64,000 nt of DNA, from positions 7,858,889 to 7,922,888 of the forward strand of contig OZ037772.1 in assembly GCA_964035545.1 (NCBI GenBank), read 5' to 3'. The DNA comes from Bugula neritina (Eukaryota > Animalia > Bryozoa). Shown in pieces: positions 30,303 to 48,021 of this stretch (position 1 is its first letter; the number at the start of each line of letters is the position of its first letter). A program made the position numbers and the translations under genes. The notes beneath the pieces were generated by a model that saw only the letters and a program-made list of their open reading frames with translations, did not search any database and was not told where the DNA came from.

Positions 30303-31917
30303 AGCCAACGAAATAAAAAGCCTTAATTACTCACAAAACAGTTTTTTTCAAAGCCTAATCAATAAAATAAACTGTAATTTTAAGAATGATAGCCATGTGA
30401 GTTATTTTGCATCTTCAAGATGTAATAAATAAAAAGATTTTATTTTCTTAGCTTATTTTATTGAATTAAAAAAAAATTTGAGAATATTGATAGTAATTTA
30501 CAGAATTCAGAAAAAAGTGCACTCTTGGAAATAAATTAATTTTAGTTCTAAGTTGGTGGTTTTGTTAGAAATTGAGCTAGAAATTGAGTATATGTATTGT
30601 TTCTACTAGAAATAAATAGGGCCAATTAGTATTTGTCAAATGTAGAATCTCTTCAGACAATACAAAAGACTTTGGGCAAGAGTAGCCATGGTCAGAAAAA
30701 TGCGAAGCTGTGTGCAACTAAATTTCTTAATTTGCGGCCAAATGCAAAACAACAAAAAAAAAGAATAAATTAACGAGATATAAACATTTTTTTTAAATGT
30801 AGGCTACCAAAATTTTATAATTTAAGTTTTTAAAAAAATAAATTAGGAAACTATTAATTTTTAGTGGTTGGTAGACTTTTCATACAAAAAATTAGACAAA
30901 GAATGTATATATGTGTATTCAACAGCTGCAGTGAGATATACCAGTGACTAGAGTAAAAAGAAGGAAAACTATATTACCTCAAAGTAAAGGATAGAAAATT
31001 GAAAAAAGCTCAATGATAAAAAACACATTATCAGCAACAATCATCAAAAAATTGCTACTACTGAGCTGAGAGACGGCTGTGTGTATTGCTATATGTTAGT
31101 AAACTCAATAATCCAAAGTGCACAAGGGTTGAAAAAAATTCATTCCTAAACTGCGAACTTTTATATAATCTATTTGGATATTTTATTGAATGAAATGTCT
31201 TTAGGTAATGCAAAAGGCGTAAGACATATGCCATTCATTCAAAGGAATATTTGACTGTATATTAATTTACGAAAAATGCTTACATAGGAAACCTGAAAAT
31301 ACCCAAGCTCATTATAAGACTGACAGAGACACATTCAAGACAGCCACAGGAAACATATCTTTCGTAGTTAAATATTCAGCTACTGTATGATCAGCTCTGG
31401 AAAGTTGTCGATAACCAGATATACAATGTCACATGTGCAGCTTGGTATAAAGCTTTTAAAATTCGACAAGCACTATAGTTTTTTCTCAAAAAATCACAAA
31501 GTAGCAATCCACATCATATTACTAAAAGATAATCACAAAAGATTGGCTGCTTGTTATGTGAAGACAATTTGAGCATTATTTTGATAGAAATCCAAGCTTC
31601 AAGATATGTTTCAAAGTTCAGTCGGATAAATATTATATTTTTGAGAAAAACAAATTGTGACACTGTGATTGAAAAACTCAAATATAATATATTAAAAAGC
31701 TTTAGGTTTAGTATAAGCATATGTTTTCTATTCATTTTTAAGGCTTTTTAATTTAAACAATCACCTAAACCCTTAGGTCTCAATTTCATAAATGCTTCAT
31801 CAATAAACTCAATTTGTTTAAAAAATGTAATATGACAAGTTTTCATGTTTGATGTACATCGTATGAGCTGTTTCTTTATCACGGATTTGGTGAAAACTCC
31901 AGATAAATGTTTTTTCA

Positions 31918-35784
<3,867 letters not shown>

Positions 35785-36734
35785 AGCCAAGAAAATAAAA
35801 ATTCCAAACTCACAAAATTATTATATTTTCTGTTTATAAAAGTAAGTTACGTTGTAAAAAAAAATTGTTACTTGAAGAATGCTACCTAGCTATGTGAGAT
35901 ATTTTACACTTTTAAAAGTTAATAAAATAAAAATATTTTGTTCTTTGATTTAATATTGAAATGAGATTTAGCAAATAACAATGAGTTTAATTTAGAGGTC
36001 TACAAACACAAATTGAATGAATCTGTTATTTTAGCTTTTGCTAAAAATTCCATTAGAAATTGAGAATAGATGTTGCTTTTATAGTGCTTGAAAATTAGTG
36101 TTGTAGACACAATCAAAACAGCTATTAATAATTTTTTTTAAGTTGGATATTCAGCTAAAGAAAGTAATATTGCTAAATATACTTCATAGATTTTGAACTA
36201 AAACTTCAAGAATGATGATATTAAGCCCTCAAAAGTTTGTTTACTTTTAGATGAGATGTGGCAACTTGATGTATAAAACTTATGAATAATAAAATCAACA
36301 GAACTGTGTAGGTTTATGTGCACAATAAAACAGTTTTTCTCAGAAAAAAACGAAATAGCCCTGTATCATACACATACAAAAAATTAGTCATAAAACTGCT
36401 TGTGATTTAGAAATAAGTTGCACATAATATTAATGCAAATAAAGCATGTGAGAAATGTTGACAGAGTCCAGTTGAATGAATTGTATATTTTCAAAAAAAT
36501 AACCTTTACATGCAAATTAGTTGTTACTAAGAGTCTCAAAGCTTTAATAAAAAAGCTGTAATTTAAACACATTTTTGTGTTCTTCATTCACTCTCAAAAT
36601 CTCTCAGTTTAACCAGTCATCTAAAATTACCGTCTCATTTTAGAAAAAAGTTATCAATGAACAAGATTTAACAAAAATAAGAGAAACGTGTCAATTTTTT
36701 ATATTTGATGGGTATTACGTCATCCGTTTCCTGG

Positions 36735-39700
36735 TCACTGATAAGGCAAAAGACTTTCATATACTCTTGCTTTTTCAGCATTCATTTGTTTTGACTTTTG
36801 AAGAAACATAGCATATGCCACAGCAGGTGTTGGGCTAGCCCGAGAGCTTTTCTTCTTCTCAGAAGCCGATGAAGGAAGCTAAATAGAAAGATTGTCAACA
36901 TGTCTAATTTTCACTGAAAAATATGATTACTATAAATGTGTAAAGTAATTATCACTGCTTATCATATTGATTTGCACAGTTAACTATAATGTTTATTTAA
37001 CATAACTAATAATTTTTAAATAAGTAATTTGACTTTAATCAGCACACCTTGAATACTTTGATTTTTTAAAAAATGATTAGGTTCTTTTATAAATATTGCT
37101 GCCTAAAAATTTCAATAATTTCATCTTTTAGCAATTTCCTTTATTTTCTTTATATCTTAAGGCTAATTATAGTAAAAAACTATTTTTTTATTCCTGTTTT
37201 AATTGGAATTAGGTGTAGATATCTTGTATTTTGTCAACTTTATTTTATTGACTATACAAAAGCAAAACCTTAGACCATGGCTGTTTCCTTTTTTGACACA
37301 CTTATATATTAAAGCCATCAAAAAATTTTATTTTCTAAACCATAGCAAATACTTACACTAATTGAAGCTCTAATCTTTGATGACGACGATATTCTCTCCT
37401 TTATTTTCCCCCTGTCACTTTTACTGCGCTCTAAAAAACAAAAGTGTGACTATTAAACTCACAAAAAATTTTAAAGTTTTTTTTCAATTTTTTTGAATGT
37501 TAGTCAGGTTGTAGCATTGAATGCTACTCTGAGCAGTCGGTAAAGGTTGTTACTCAAATTTTTGATGTCAGTTTCATTAAGCCAATAAGTATTTTTAGCA
37601 ACTGTTTCTATCACAACTGAGTGAATTACAGAGTACTTATTTTAGTCTTAAAAATAGCGCTTTTACCACCAAAAGTAATTTACCAAAAAAAAATTATTGA
37701 CATACTTGCTTGTTGCTCTTTTATTAATCTTTGGACTTCCTACAAAATTTACATTTTACAAAATTAAAGTGTATTCATAAAATGTAGATTCTTACAAACA
37801 ATTTAAGACTTTAACTTATCTTGTTATTTATTTAGCTGCAACTTCCATCACAACTCTGGGTCTATAATAACCAATCAAACTATAATTTATATAGTTGGCT
37901 GAGTTCTACTATTATTTATATATTTTTGCTAATTTTTTTTTTTTGGTCAAAGTCAACTTTAGTACCTTTAGATAGAGTTTATAATTTGAATAAGTGTGTT
38001 AGCATTTTATTGCTGATTCTTAGAAATATTTTGGTGAGAACATTTATATAAACTTCTGCTAAGCATTATTAGAAAAATCTGCTTTATCAAATTTTACTTT
38101 TAACTGGACGTTGTCACCAGCTTTTAACAAGAACAAGACACATTTTTTCTAAAATTTTATGATAAAAAGTTTGTAAAGTAAGTTTGATATTTGTATAGAA
38201 TAGAATATCAAAGTTTTAACATTTCAGTAAATGCTTACTGTCTTTGAAGTTTTTGTCTTGGCGGCTGATGTTTTCTGTTTAACCTTTGTACTACTATGCT
38301 GCTTAGGTTCTGTAAAAATAAAAAGTTTGTAAAGTAAGTTTGATATTTGTATAGAATAGAATATCAAAGTTTTAACATTTCAGTAAATGCTTACTGTCTT
38401 TGAAGTTTTTGTCTTGGCGGCTGATGTTTTCTGTTTAACCTTTGTACTACTATGCTGCTTAGGTTCTGTAAAAATTGAATTGTGGTCATTAAAAGTACAA
38501 AACAAAAATCAATAAATTCTATCAATAAGGGGGGTAAACTGGCAGCTTGTAAGATAATAAAGAAATTTTTCAAGTCACTAATTTCAGTTGAGTACATTTT
38601 TTTGTACCCAAGAAAATTACAAACGTTTTTACAAAACTAATAATTACTCTGAATGAGAAAATGTTCAACAAATAATTAAAATTTTGACAGAAGAAACATA
38701 TTTGAAGAATTATTGTAGCTTCTTATTACAGAAAACACAATAGAAAAAAATTACATCATTTTTATATAGCAGCTCGTCCTGTACATGCAAAACTATTATA
38801 TCAAAATAATGTTTTATTTAAAAACCAATAAATAATTTTTGTTATATTGTAGCACAAGAGCAACTATGATTTGTTGCTTTTTCTAACAAATTATTAAACA
38901 ATATGTTAATAATGTAAGATATAGATTAGTTTTGTTTGACTTGATGTACATAAGTTAACAACCTACTTATTATTTTCTCTGGTATTGAGCTCATTGCTCC
39001 TCTGGAATCCTAAAATATTCAAATTTTATGAAATGAAATTTTAACAAATTCTAAATCTATTCACTAATAGCTTAGGAAGTTTTCTTATATAGCATGTAGT
39101 ACGCTATAATATTTATTAAAAATAGATCACAACATAAAAAAATAAATCAGTCACCTAATTTATTGAAATAATTTTTTTTAAGTCTCTTATACTCGTTTTA
39201 ATAACTTATCAACTGACTTATCAAGCAATAGCTTGTACAATATTTACCTTATTTATGGCACTAGAATAATTTCTTAGGATATAAATAAAAGGCACCTCAG
39301 TTTCTGGTTAGTTGTCAAAAAATTACAAAGCAGCATTCAAATTATTTTCAAAAATAAATTAGCCCAACAGCTGCGTGTCTAAAGTAAAAAGATTGTTAAG
39401 TCATCAGAACAAAATTTTGTACAAATATTCAATTGACATGTAAGAGAACACTTTTTTAAAACTCTTGTAAATTCACTACAATTGGCTAAGAATTAAATGC
39501 ATGACTCACCAAATATTTGTTTATAAAATTGTAAAGACTTTTAGCTTGCTAGCAAACCTAAATAGGCTATACTTGATGGCCAGTTTTAAAAAGTCTTGCT
39601 TGCTAAACTACATTTTTAATAGGCCTAAATTTGAAGAAAGTTTCTACTACTTTTGCATTAAAATTAAAATAAATTAAAAGAACATACGGTATAACTAGCT

Positions 39701-42700
39701 GGCAGTTCAGGTGTTCCCACATTTGACAGTCTTGCTTCAAAGCTCAGTGCTTGTGCTATTTCTTTACCTAATTAAAATTTAAATAATTTATTTATACAAA
39801 AGCCATAAAAAGCAGCAAGTTCTCTATAACTTACAAAACGTTTGTGAATGCCCATAAGGCACACTGTTCAAAGTTAGCTATTGACGTTTTTTATTAATGT
39901 TGCCAAATAATTTAGATAAATAGATATTCTCTGCTATGCATTCAGCAGTTTCATTAGTGTGTCTTGAGTTCGCTTTCAACTCCATAGCTATTCTGTTCTC
40001 TAACTTGACAATTCTTAAAAAACCTGATATGACCACAACAATTTTATACATTGGCTCAATCTTACTTAAAAAAATATTGTTGGTAAGTGTTGAATTTTGC
40101 TATACTCACGATTTTTCTTGTTGTATATCACAAATATGATTACGGCAACTAGCAAAACCAATACATTGATGATGATTCCTGCGACAAATCCGTTGCCTTT
40201 GCTTTTCTCGGATGTGCCGGAAACATTATATATTTCAGCAGTTGTAGAAACTATTTGTGGTGTAGTGGTGTCTGTATTTGATCTGGTGATAGTTGATCTA
40301 GTGCTAGTTAATCTAGTGGTAATTGGTTTAGTGGTAGTTATTTTAATTGTAGTTGTTTTCTTGGTAGTTGTTTTCTTGGTAGTAGTTGGTGTAGTCGTAG
40401 TTGATTTCGTACTAATCGATTTAGTGGTAGTAGTTGTCAACTTAGTGGTTGGCCTCAAGTCTAATAAAATGAACACATTTTATGAAAAACATGCATTTTA
40501 CAAATAAAACCAAAACACCTGTTGGGGTAATAAAGTATTGAGATAGAAAGGCTTGTTTTCTACGGGTTGTAATCTATGTCACAAAACTAAAGCAACTTAC
40601 AAAAATTATGCACATCAAAAACTTATGTGAAATGCCCCTTACATTATTCAGACTGAAGACCTGGTCACACACTTGTGAAAATTACATAAAATTGTCTATT
40701 TCCCATAAAAAAAACAAAACATTTAATTAAACTTGAGCAAATTCATACAAAAATGTGTTCGCTGGGTGTACACACCAAAGATAATGGCCTAAAGACCTCA
40801 ATTAGCATTTTTTGACTAGTGAACTGAATTTTAGCAACATTTGTTTTACTTTTCAACCTGAATGATTGCTAAAAATAATGATAAATGAAGTTCAATAACA
40901 GAGGTATCTGTTTACAATCTGTTTTGTCTGACGAACATTGCAGTAATTTTGTGGGTTGAATGAAATTCAGTGCTGAACATATCTCTTTGTAAGAGAGAGC
41001 AAAAGGCAGGGTATTCTTCAGTGATAGCAATCTTTATTGTAGAGTAGCAGAGTGGTTTAAAACAGGCGAGCTCCAGTGGTAGACTGACTACACTGGAAGC
41101 TCGCTTGCTTTTATATACATGAGACAAAAGAATATATAAACAAAAGGATTTTATGTTGTCCGAAAATTGATTTGTCCGAAAACCGATTTACCGCATTTCG
41201 GCATTTTGGGTGTCCGAAATACCGATTTCAGTGCAATTTCATTATGTTGAAAGCTTCAACAACAATCACAATACTTAAGCATTAGAAATTTACCTCAATT
41301 AGTGATAAGTAAAGCATTTAAAACAATACAAAACCAATAATTACAATACGCGCACAGTTACTAGAACTTTCCAAAACAATAGGGGATGAAAATCCATTAC
41401 AACGTAAGGCTGATCAGTTCACAATGTCAAATCATGCAACTTTCATGTTTTTATGAGTGTGTGGCCATGCATGCCTTTAAAGGGTTAAGCTAAAGCAACT
41501 CACCATTATATAAGATCTCTGCGGTTGCATAATCTTGAAGAAGATAGATCTTTGATGAGTATTTAGATCTCACAATCTGTCTTGGCAACTGCAATTTGCA
41601 ATATCTAATAAGGTGACCTGTGAGTTGAGCATTAGTTTTTTGTTTAGCGCATAAAGAAGATATGGTAGAGTTAATCAGGTCCACCAATCGTAGGAGATGG
41701 TTTTTGTAATCTGCGATGAGGAAGGTATCATTGTCAAGAAAGAAAATTGATCTCGGTTCTCTAACTCTTGCACTACTCAATACACCATCGTTGTGACCGT
41801 AACCAGAAATTATAATCTGTGGTGAACTTCTCCAGGTTGTAGATGTTCGTAGAATGCTGTGATTAGTGCTAAAATAAAGGTTTGCACTAACGGGATCAAA
41901 GTTTAGAGCGTAAATCGTTTCGCCAAGATAGTAAACAGTACGCATGTACCAGGTTGAGCCAATTTGAAGAAGGCATCTTACAGTTCCGTCACCATTTTCA
42001 TAAAAGTAAATTTTGCGTTTATCTGATGATGATACAGCCATGCCGACTGGAAATGCAGTGCCCGCATACTCAAATTCACCGTCTTTTATATCTGTTTGAT
42101 TACATTCTCCTGTCAGTGCCCTGCTGGTGCTAGTGACTCTATTAACGGCTCTGATGCAACTATTATCTCGATCAGAGACCCATATGTAATTATTGCTAAC
42201 AGGACTTGTCACTATTCCATTGACATAGCCAAACCTTGCACTATATCCCCAACCTTCTTTGTAGCCCGGAAGCGTCTCGTTTCCATGATAAATCGCTACT
42301 GTCTTAAAGTCTTCGGTAGTAGCAATAGAGTAGCCATATACTAGCAAATAGTTTCCTGTTTTGTAGTCATCTGCCACCATGTAGCGGAATTCAGGACCAG
42401 ATGAGTTTAGTGTTGCCAAGTGTCTCACTGCCGTAAACTGTATGCTGAAATAATTTACAGAAACTATGCATATATTTAAGCCTAGGGCCACACTGTGCGT
42501 AATTTCGCATGCGAAAATTGAAACCACAAGTAGCAAAGGTGTCCACTGTAGCGTCAGTGATGCGTGATAAATAAAGCTTTCATTTTTAAATCGCACTCGC
42601 TTTCAATAAAACGCAATTTACTGAAATGTGGCACTAAAAAAAAGAAATTGGGCTCACTGAATAACTACCAGCCAATTAGGTGACGACGACAGAGACAATT

Positions 42701-43867
42701 CATACTTGCGTTGAGAATGCTGAGCAACAAGTGCGAATGTTTTCTCAACGCGCACAGTGGACACCTTTGCTACTTGTAATTTCAATTTTTGCATGCGAAA
42801 ATACGCACAGTGTGGCCCTAGGCTAACTGGGAGCAGCTGTGGTCTAGGGGTTAGATCAGCCACTTGGTAAACACGTAGTAATGAGTTCAAGCTTGGACAA
42901 AGACTATTGGTAATGATAGAAAGAGCATTCAGTAAAAATTGTTCCTGTGTGTCATCTGAATCAGTACATATTTAGCTCGAGTTATAAGAATTTTTTTTAT
43001 CACATGTTTTTTCTCAGAGATAGTGACTATAAACTTGTAAATTTTCAAACTCAATATTATCATTATAAAAATAATTTATATTACAGTAATGTCTCTCTCT
43101 CACTATTAATGCTAAAATAAATTGCAGTAGCAGTAGAATGAGTAGTTGACATTGTTAGATATAAAAAGTTCATAATAATGTCACATATAAACAACTATTC
43201 ACAGTGACTATGTATACACTTTCATTACAAATAAACGCAGGTTGAGAGATGTGTGTAATATAAAGACTCACGTGTCTGTGTGTGCTTTTAAGATATGAAC
43301 TCCACAGGATAAATACCAAGGCAGCTCTACCTAAAACATGGTTATCCGAAGATTGATTTCTTGTTATTGTTAAAGTAATATAATATATTTCGATTTTATA
43401 CTTTCTAACACTCCTCTTTCAGTGATTCATATTAGTTTTGCATTATGCTTACTGCTATAGAAGATTAGCAACAAGGTAAACCATAAAAAGTCATAATTTT
43501 TCATTGATCAGATATAACACAAAAGGCATATATATTGTAGTATTTTTAAATGGGATGTAGGATATTTCAGTTAGTATTTTTGTTGCTGTTGTCAGTTTAT
43601 TGCTTCTAACAGTTGATAAAACAAACAAAAAAGTCTTAAGTTAGGGAACACAAATTAGTACAACAAAAAAGAAGCAAAAGGGCTTAAAGCTAGCTTAGCC
43701 AATTTTTGGCTATATAGCATAGCTTTAGTACAAATTTCATGATATTTGTTCAATATTGAAATAAGTGGTATGTCAGCTAACTTAATTATATTTTAGTTAT
43801 GCACTAGTGTCGCTAGCATACTTACACACATGAAAATCATCAGGGTATAATATATTCTGAATTCCAT
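36735..43867 (-). CDS. R7: NHL-like propeller receptor with a long mucin stalk, duplicated tail exons and a bipartite Tyr motif
   Basis: Exons 43826-43867 (MEFRIYYTLMIFMC), 43272-43330, 41504-42444 (941 bp), 40110-40460 (Thr/Lys mucin + TM FVAGIIINVLVLLVAVIIFVIY), 39688-39767, 38967-39009, 38395-38465 and/or 38239-38309, 37706-37739, 37357-37430, 36735-36878 (...PAVAYAMFLQKSKQMNAEKARVYESLLPYQ*). Confidence 0.82.
38162..38473. repeat. Exact 156-bp tandem duplication containing an R7 tail exon
   Basis: 38162-38317 and 38318-38473 are identical as read; each holds a 71-bp exon with intact AG/GT. Confidence 0.93.
42480..42823. mobile_element. MITE family A, copy 2 (R7 intron 2)
   Basis: Same long TIRs as 4419-4728, flanked by TAA on both sides, with about 34 bp of extra internal sequence. 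Confidence 0.9.
42829..43035 (+). mobile_element. tRNA-derived SINE (same family), next to MITE A
   Basis: GGGAGCAGCTGTGGTCTAGGGG...GAGTTCAAGC...GAGATAGTGACTATAAACTT. Confidence 0.65.
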
Positions 43868-43963
43868 AGCCAAATTAATTACAATTTTGACTCACAAAAT
43901 ACAATTTGCTTATAAAATTTGTAGCTAGCAAAACGAAAAAGCTGAAACCTCAAAAATGCTAGT

Positions 43964-43982
43964 CATGTGAAAAATTTTGCAT
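43964..43982. promoter_or_regulatory. Conserved upstream element CATGTGA-nnn-ATTTTGCAT (R7 copy)
   Basis: Related motif about 75-120 bp upstream of the ATG in R1 (2278), R2 (9755), R3 (about 16410), R4 (23020), R5 (30394), R6 (35891) and R7 (43964). Confidence 0.5.
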
Positions 43983-44816
43983 TTCTAATAATTCAAACAA
44001 AGTACTATTGTTTTATTTTTTTCATTCTATAGGTATCAAATAAAGTGTAAGAAAAAAACGTTGTATTGCTTAATACTCAGTTCAATAGATTGAGTTTGGA
44101 TATGATACCATATTTCATGTTGACTTAAGAAGCCATTAATGGTAATTATATAGAAGTAAGAATGATTTTGACCATTATATGAATATAATTACTCATATTT
44201 GAATGGTTTTCTCAAATTGGCTAACTAACTAACCTATTTTTTTTGTTTACTTTACATGAGCTAGTTTTTCAAAAAAATATAATATATAATAATTCTATGC
44301 TATATATTTGGTTTCATCCTACTTTGAAGGTTTTCAGTTGAACATTATTTTTTTTATTTGGGCCCCATATATAATAATATATTTATAATATATACATGAT
44401 ATATAACTGTTATTTTGATTGCTAAATAGCTAATATGCTAATAACAATAGCTATACAGTAGCTAATATAAATTATCTAAAACAATATTCCAATTTTCACA
44501 GATTTGCGTGAAACAAAAAAAAACAGTGATGCAGAAATATAGACATTATCTCTAATGAATACTTATTAACAAAATTTATCTTTTCAGACAACAAGAGGTG
44601 TGGAAAATGCAAAAACAATAAGTTAATGTAGATTAAAGGAATTTATTTATGTGCTCAATAACAAATAATTTATCCAAACAAAATAAATAAATAACATCCA
44701 AGTGGGAAATTTAGCTTACCGTCTAAGTGCATTGGAAATGTTTTGTTGTCATTGCAATAATTTTCACAAATCTAATTTAGCCTTACAATAAAGGAGATTT
44801 CGTAGTATAACATTTG

Positions 44817-44890
44817 AAGCTTAAACATTGTCAGCTTATTCCAGTTTGCACTATAGTGCAAACTGGAATAAGCTGACAATGTTTAAGCTT
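44817..44890. repeat. Perfect 74-bp palindrome
   Basis: AAGCTTAAACATTGTCAGCTTATTCCAGTTTGCACTA|TAGTGCAAACTGGAATAAGCTGACAATGTTTAAGCTT; no mismatch, no spacer. Confidence 0.97.
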
Positions 44891-46631
44891 TTTTCTTTTG
44901 TAAAGTTAACTGCTGGTATATATACTATTTGTTGCCAACATATCTGTCAGTGTATCCCTTTGACATACCTCGTAGAAAATGTTATTTTTTTGTTGAAAAT
45001 TTATTTATAGACATTATCAATTTAAAAATTTTATTTTCAACAGGAAAAAACAATCTGAAAGAATAACTTGTAGATTATAATAACATACTGTTTATTTTTT
45101 TGTTGATTGGCAAGTTGATTAATTTATAAAAAGTTGTTTTTGACAAAGGAGAACAATCCCAGTTATAGTGAGAAGATTTTTTTCGAGGATAAAAACAATA
45201 TTGTTTTCAGTCGTATACTAATAACAGTGACAACAGAAGTTGACTGTCATGTCCTTTACCGCTACAATATATGTGAAGTTTGATTAGGAAAAATACATAA
45301 AAAATAATACAAAATAAATAAATTGCATGGAGAGCAAAATTTTATATAATGCAATCATATGAAGAGCAACTTAGTTATGCTAGTGAAATGTTTTTATATT
45401 AAGAAAGCACAAATTTGCACGCTAATTCAAATGAACAAAAACTGAAGGTTGAATGTTTCAATTTTATGGAGAAAATGTCAAGCAAAGCATTCCCGACTCA
45501 CAATAAATTCCATGCATTGCAGTCCTTTTATTATGTTGCTTTGCATATTGTATATTGCAAATCTACAGTAAATGGTTGTGCGAGTGCTACCATCATTACG
45601 TTAGAACTTCTACCACAACATAAAACTTCTTCCATTAACAATAATAACTTAAATATATTTTACTCACTTTTTTATTTGCTGCATTTTATAAATGTTGTTT
45701 TAAAAAATTTAAACTATATATAAAAGCAACCAAGCCATAGCATCACACTAAACACATTTTCTACATGAACGAGACTAATCATTTGTTATTTATGTTTAAG
45801 TAGTTATTGCCAACTACATTTTAGCAAATAACAAAAGTTTTCAATAATTTTTTGCAAATTTCTTTAAATTTAAAGTTTATTTGTCTTTTGTAGAACTACA
45901 TTAGACATATTTTTAAAAAATAAACAGCAGGCGAGAATTACCACGCATCAATTTTTGTTTTAGCAAAAGCAAAAATGTTACAGATAATAAAGTTTTTAAT
46001 GCTACATTTGCAGGATAAACTAAATATTTATTTTTAAATCTTTTTGGCTATAACCAATAAAGCGAATTTGAATTGAATGTAGCACTGATCATGGAAATCC
46101 CTGCTCTTTCATACTATCTTCTGGTACTCTTTCTTTTATTTTTGATAGAGAGATTTTCTAGAAAATGTAGGTGACGATAAATTTCTAAAAAAACAGCTGT
46201 ATGTCATGGCTGATTCAGCAATTAACAATCAAGTATACAAAACAAATCTGTATCAAAAATAAATCATTAGAAGATATATGAGATTTATATTTGACCATAA
46301 GAATGAAACATATATATTGCCATATAATATAACTAACATTGAAATATGTTTCGTAATTCAACACTAAATACATTTGACATGTAACATGTTCAAGCTGCAG
46401 CTTTCGGAAAACCTCCAGTGTTTCTTACAGTAACAAAGTTAATTTTCAAAAAGAAATATGTAGTTCAATTAATCAGGCTAATAATGATTTCTGTTTTACT
46501 AAAGAGTTTGGTAATGGAAATTAAAATACAACTCTATGAAAAAAATCAGTAGTTATAGAGCTATATGTTTAAATTCACTCACTTGGTTTTATAGCCTGCT
46601 CAGTAAAAGTCACGTTTGAATAATTTAGTTC

Positions 46632-47928
46632 TTAGTGTGGTGTCACCCACACAGGGACTGACTCGTACCCTAGATAGAAACTACATGGTGTTTTTACAAG
46701 AATATAAGCAAGGAAAATTCACCTAAGATTTTATCTATATAGTAATTCAGAAGTTCATATGCTATAAAATTATTATGGGATGGGCAAAAACTTTATTGAC
46801 TCTGTACTGATGCAATATCAGTATATAATATGACAATGGGAGCAGTTTATTGTATTTCTAAAGATTTTAGTTATATTTTCAAGAAAGAAACGTATATACT
46901 TGTGTGGTAATTTGAACAAATAAAATAAAATGAATAAACTACTTTGAAAGCTTACCCGCTGAGAACGGAATTGTATCAACATTAAACGGATGGTTAGTAA
47001 GTGCAGCAACAGGACCATGATCTATTGGAACAAAAAAAAAAAACTTTGTTGGTCCTCCTTAGACTTAAGCTCGCATTTAGTGTGTTTTTACTAAATACTC
47101 AATCACTAAAATTTGATCATGTAATATATATTTGTGTTTACTTGTGTGCACAAGCGTGTACATGTGTATACCGCCGAATTAATCCTTGAATATATAAATG
47201 AAATAAATTGAGCTGCCTTAAAAACTCACCAAAATTAGCTGGTATAGGATTAACACTGAGACGCCTTATGGCAGGTGGTAGTCTATCTCTATGAGCTGAT
47301 AAACCTAAAATAAGTATTCTATAAGTCTAAAAAATTTCAATTTACAGTCTGGAATAGAGTATTGTTTCACTTAAATATGTTTGGTTGAATAGGTAAATTT
47401 TGCCAGAAAGAAGAATATCCTAAAAAATTCTTGATCATCGAATCAACATCACCTTCTAAAAATAAGTTTAGCAGATTAGTTCATTGATTGAAAAAATACA
47501 TTATGAAAATACTTTGGTATAGTTTAGGTAAAAAATTAGTTTAGCAAAGACTCACTTTTAGAATGCAATTGTTTCGTTGCGAAGACCAAACATACCAACA
47601 GAAGCGCTATACCCAAAAAGCTTGCCATTGCAATACCTATTATTTCAAATTGAGTTGTTTGCTTAGAACTCTGTGATAGGTTATCAATAATCTTTTGTAG
47701 TCTGTAACAGTTCTTTTTTGTAGTATTAACAGGCCCTCTTGCTAAAAAACCCTTATTATTTTTATTATTATTATATATATAGGCTACATATATAGGCTTG
47801 AGTTTACACACCTTTTAAATATGCTTTAGTAAAACTATAAGTTTCTACTATTGCGAAGGTGTGGGCCGTGGTACTCTGTTCTGTGCTGATGAGGGGACAA
47901 ACCCCAAAACAGCTGCTGTCCACAGATT

Positions 47929-48021
<93 letters not shown>

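Noticed and set aside
41150-41235. Three TGTCCGAAA repeats
   Set aside because: Probably a transposon subterminal fragment; too short to call.
42445-42596. Signal-peptide-like N-terminal extension of ORF 41490-42596
   Set aside because: It starts at GTG inside MITE A; the real signal exons are at 43272-43330 and 43826-43867.
46030-46184. Possible final R8 exon (KIYRHL...)
   Set aside because: It lies downstream of the nonsense codon and its frame is ambiguous; not enough support to model.
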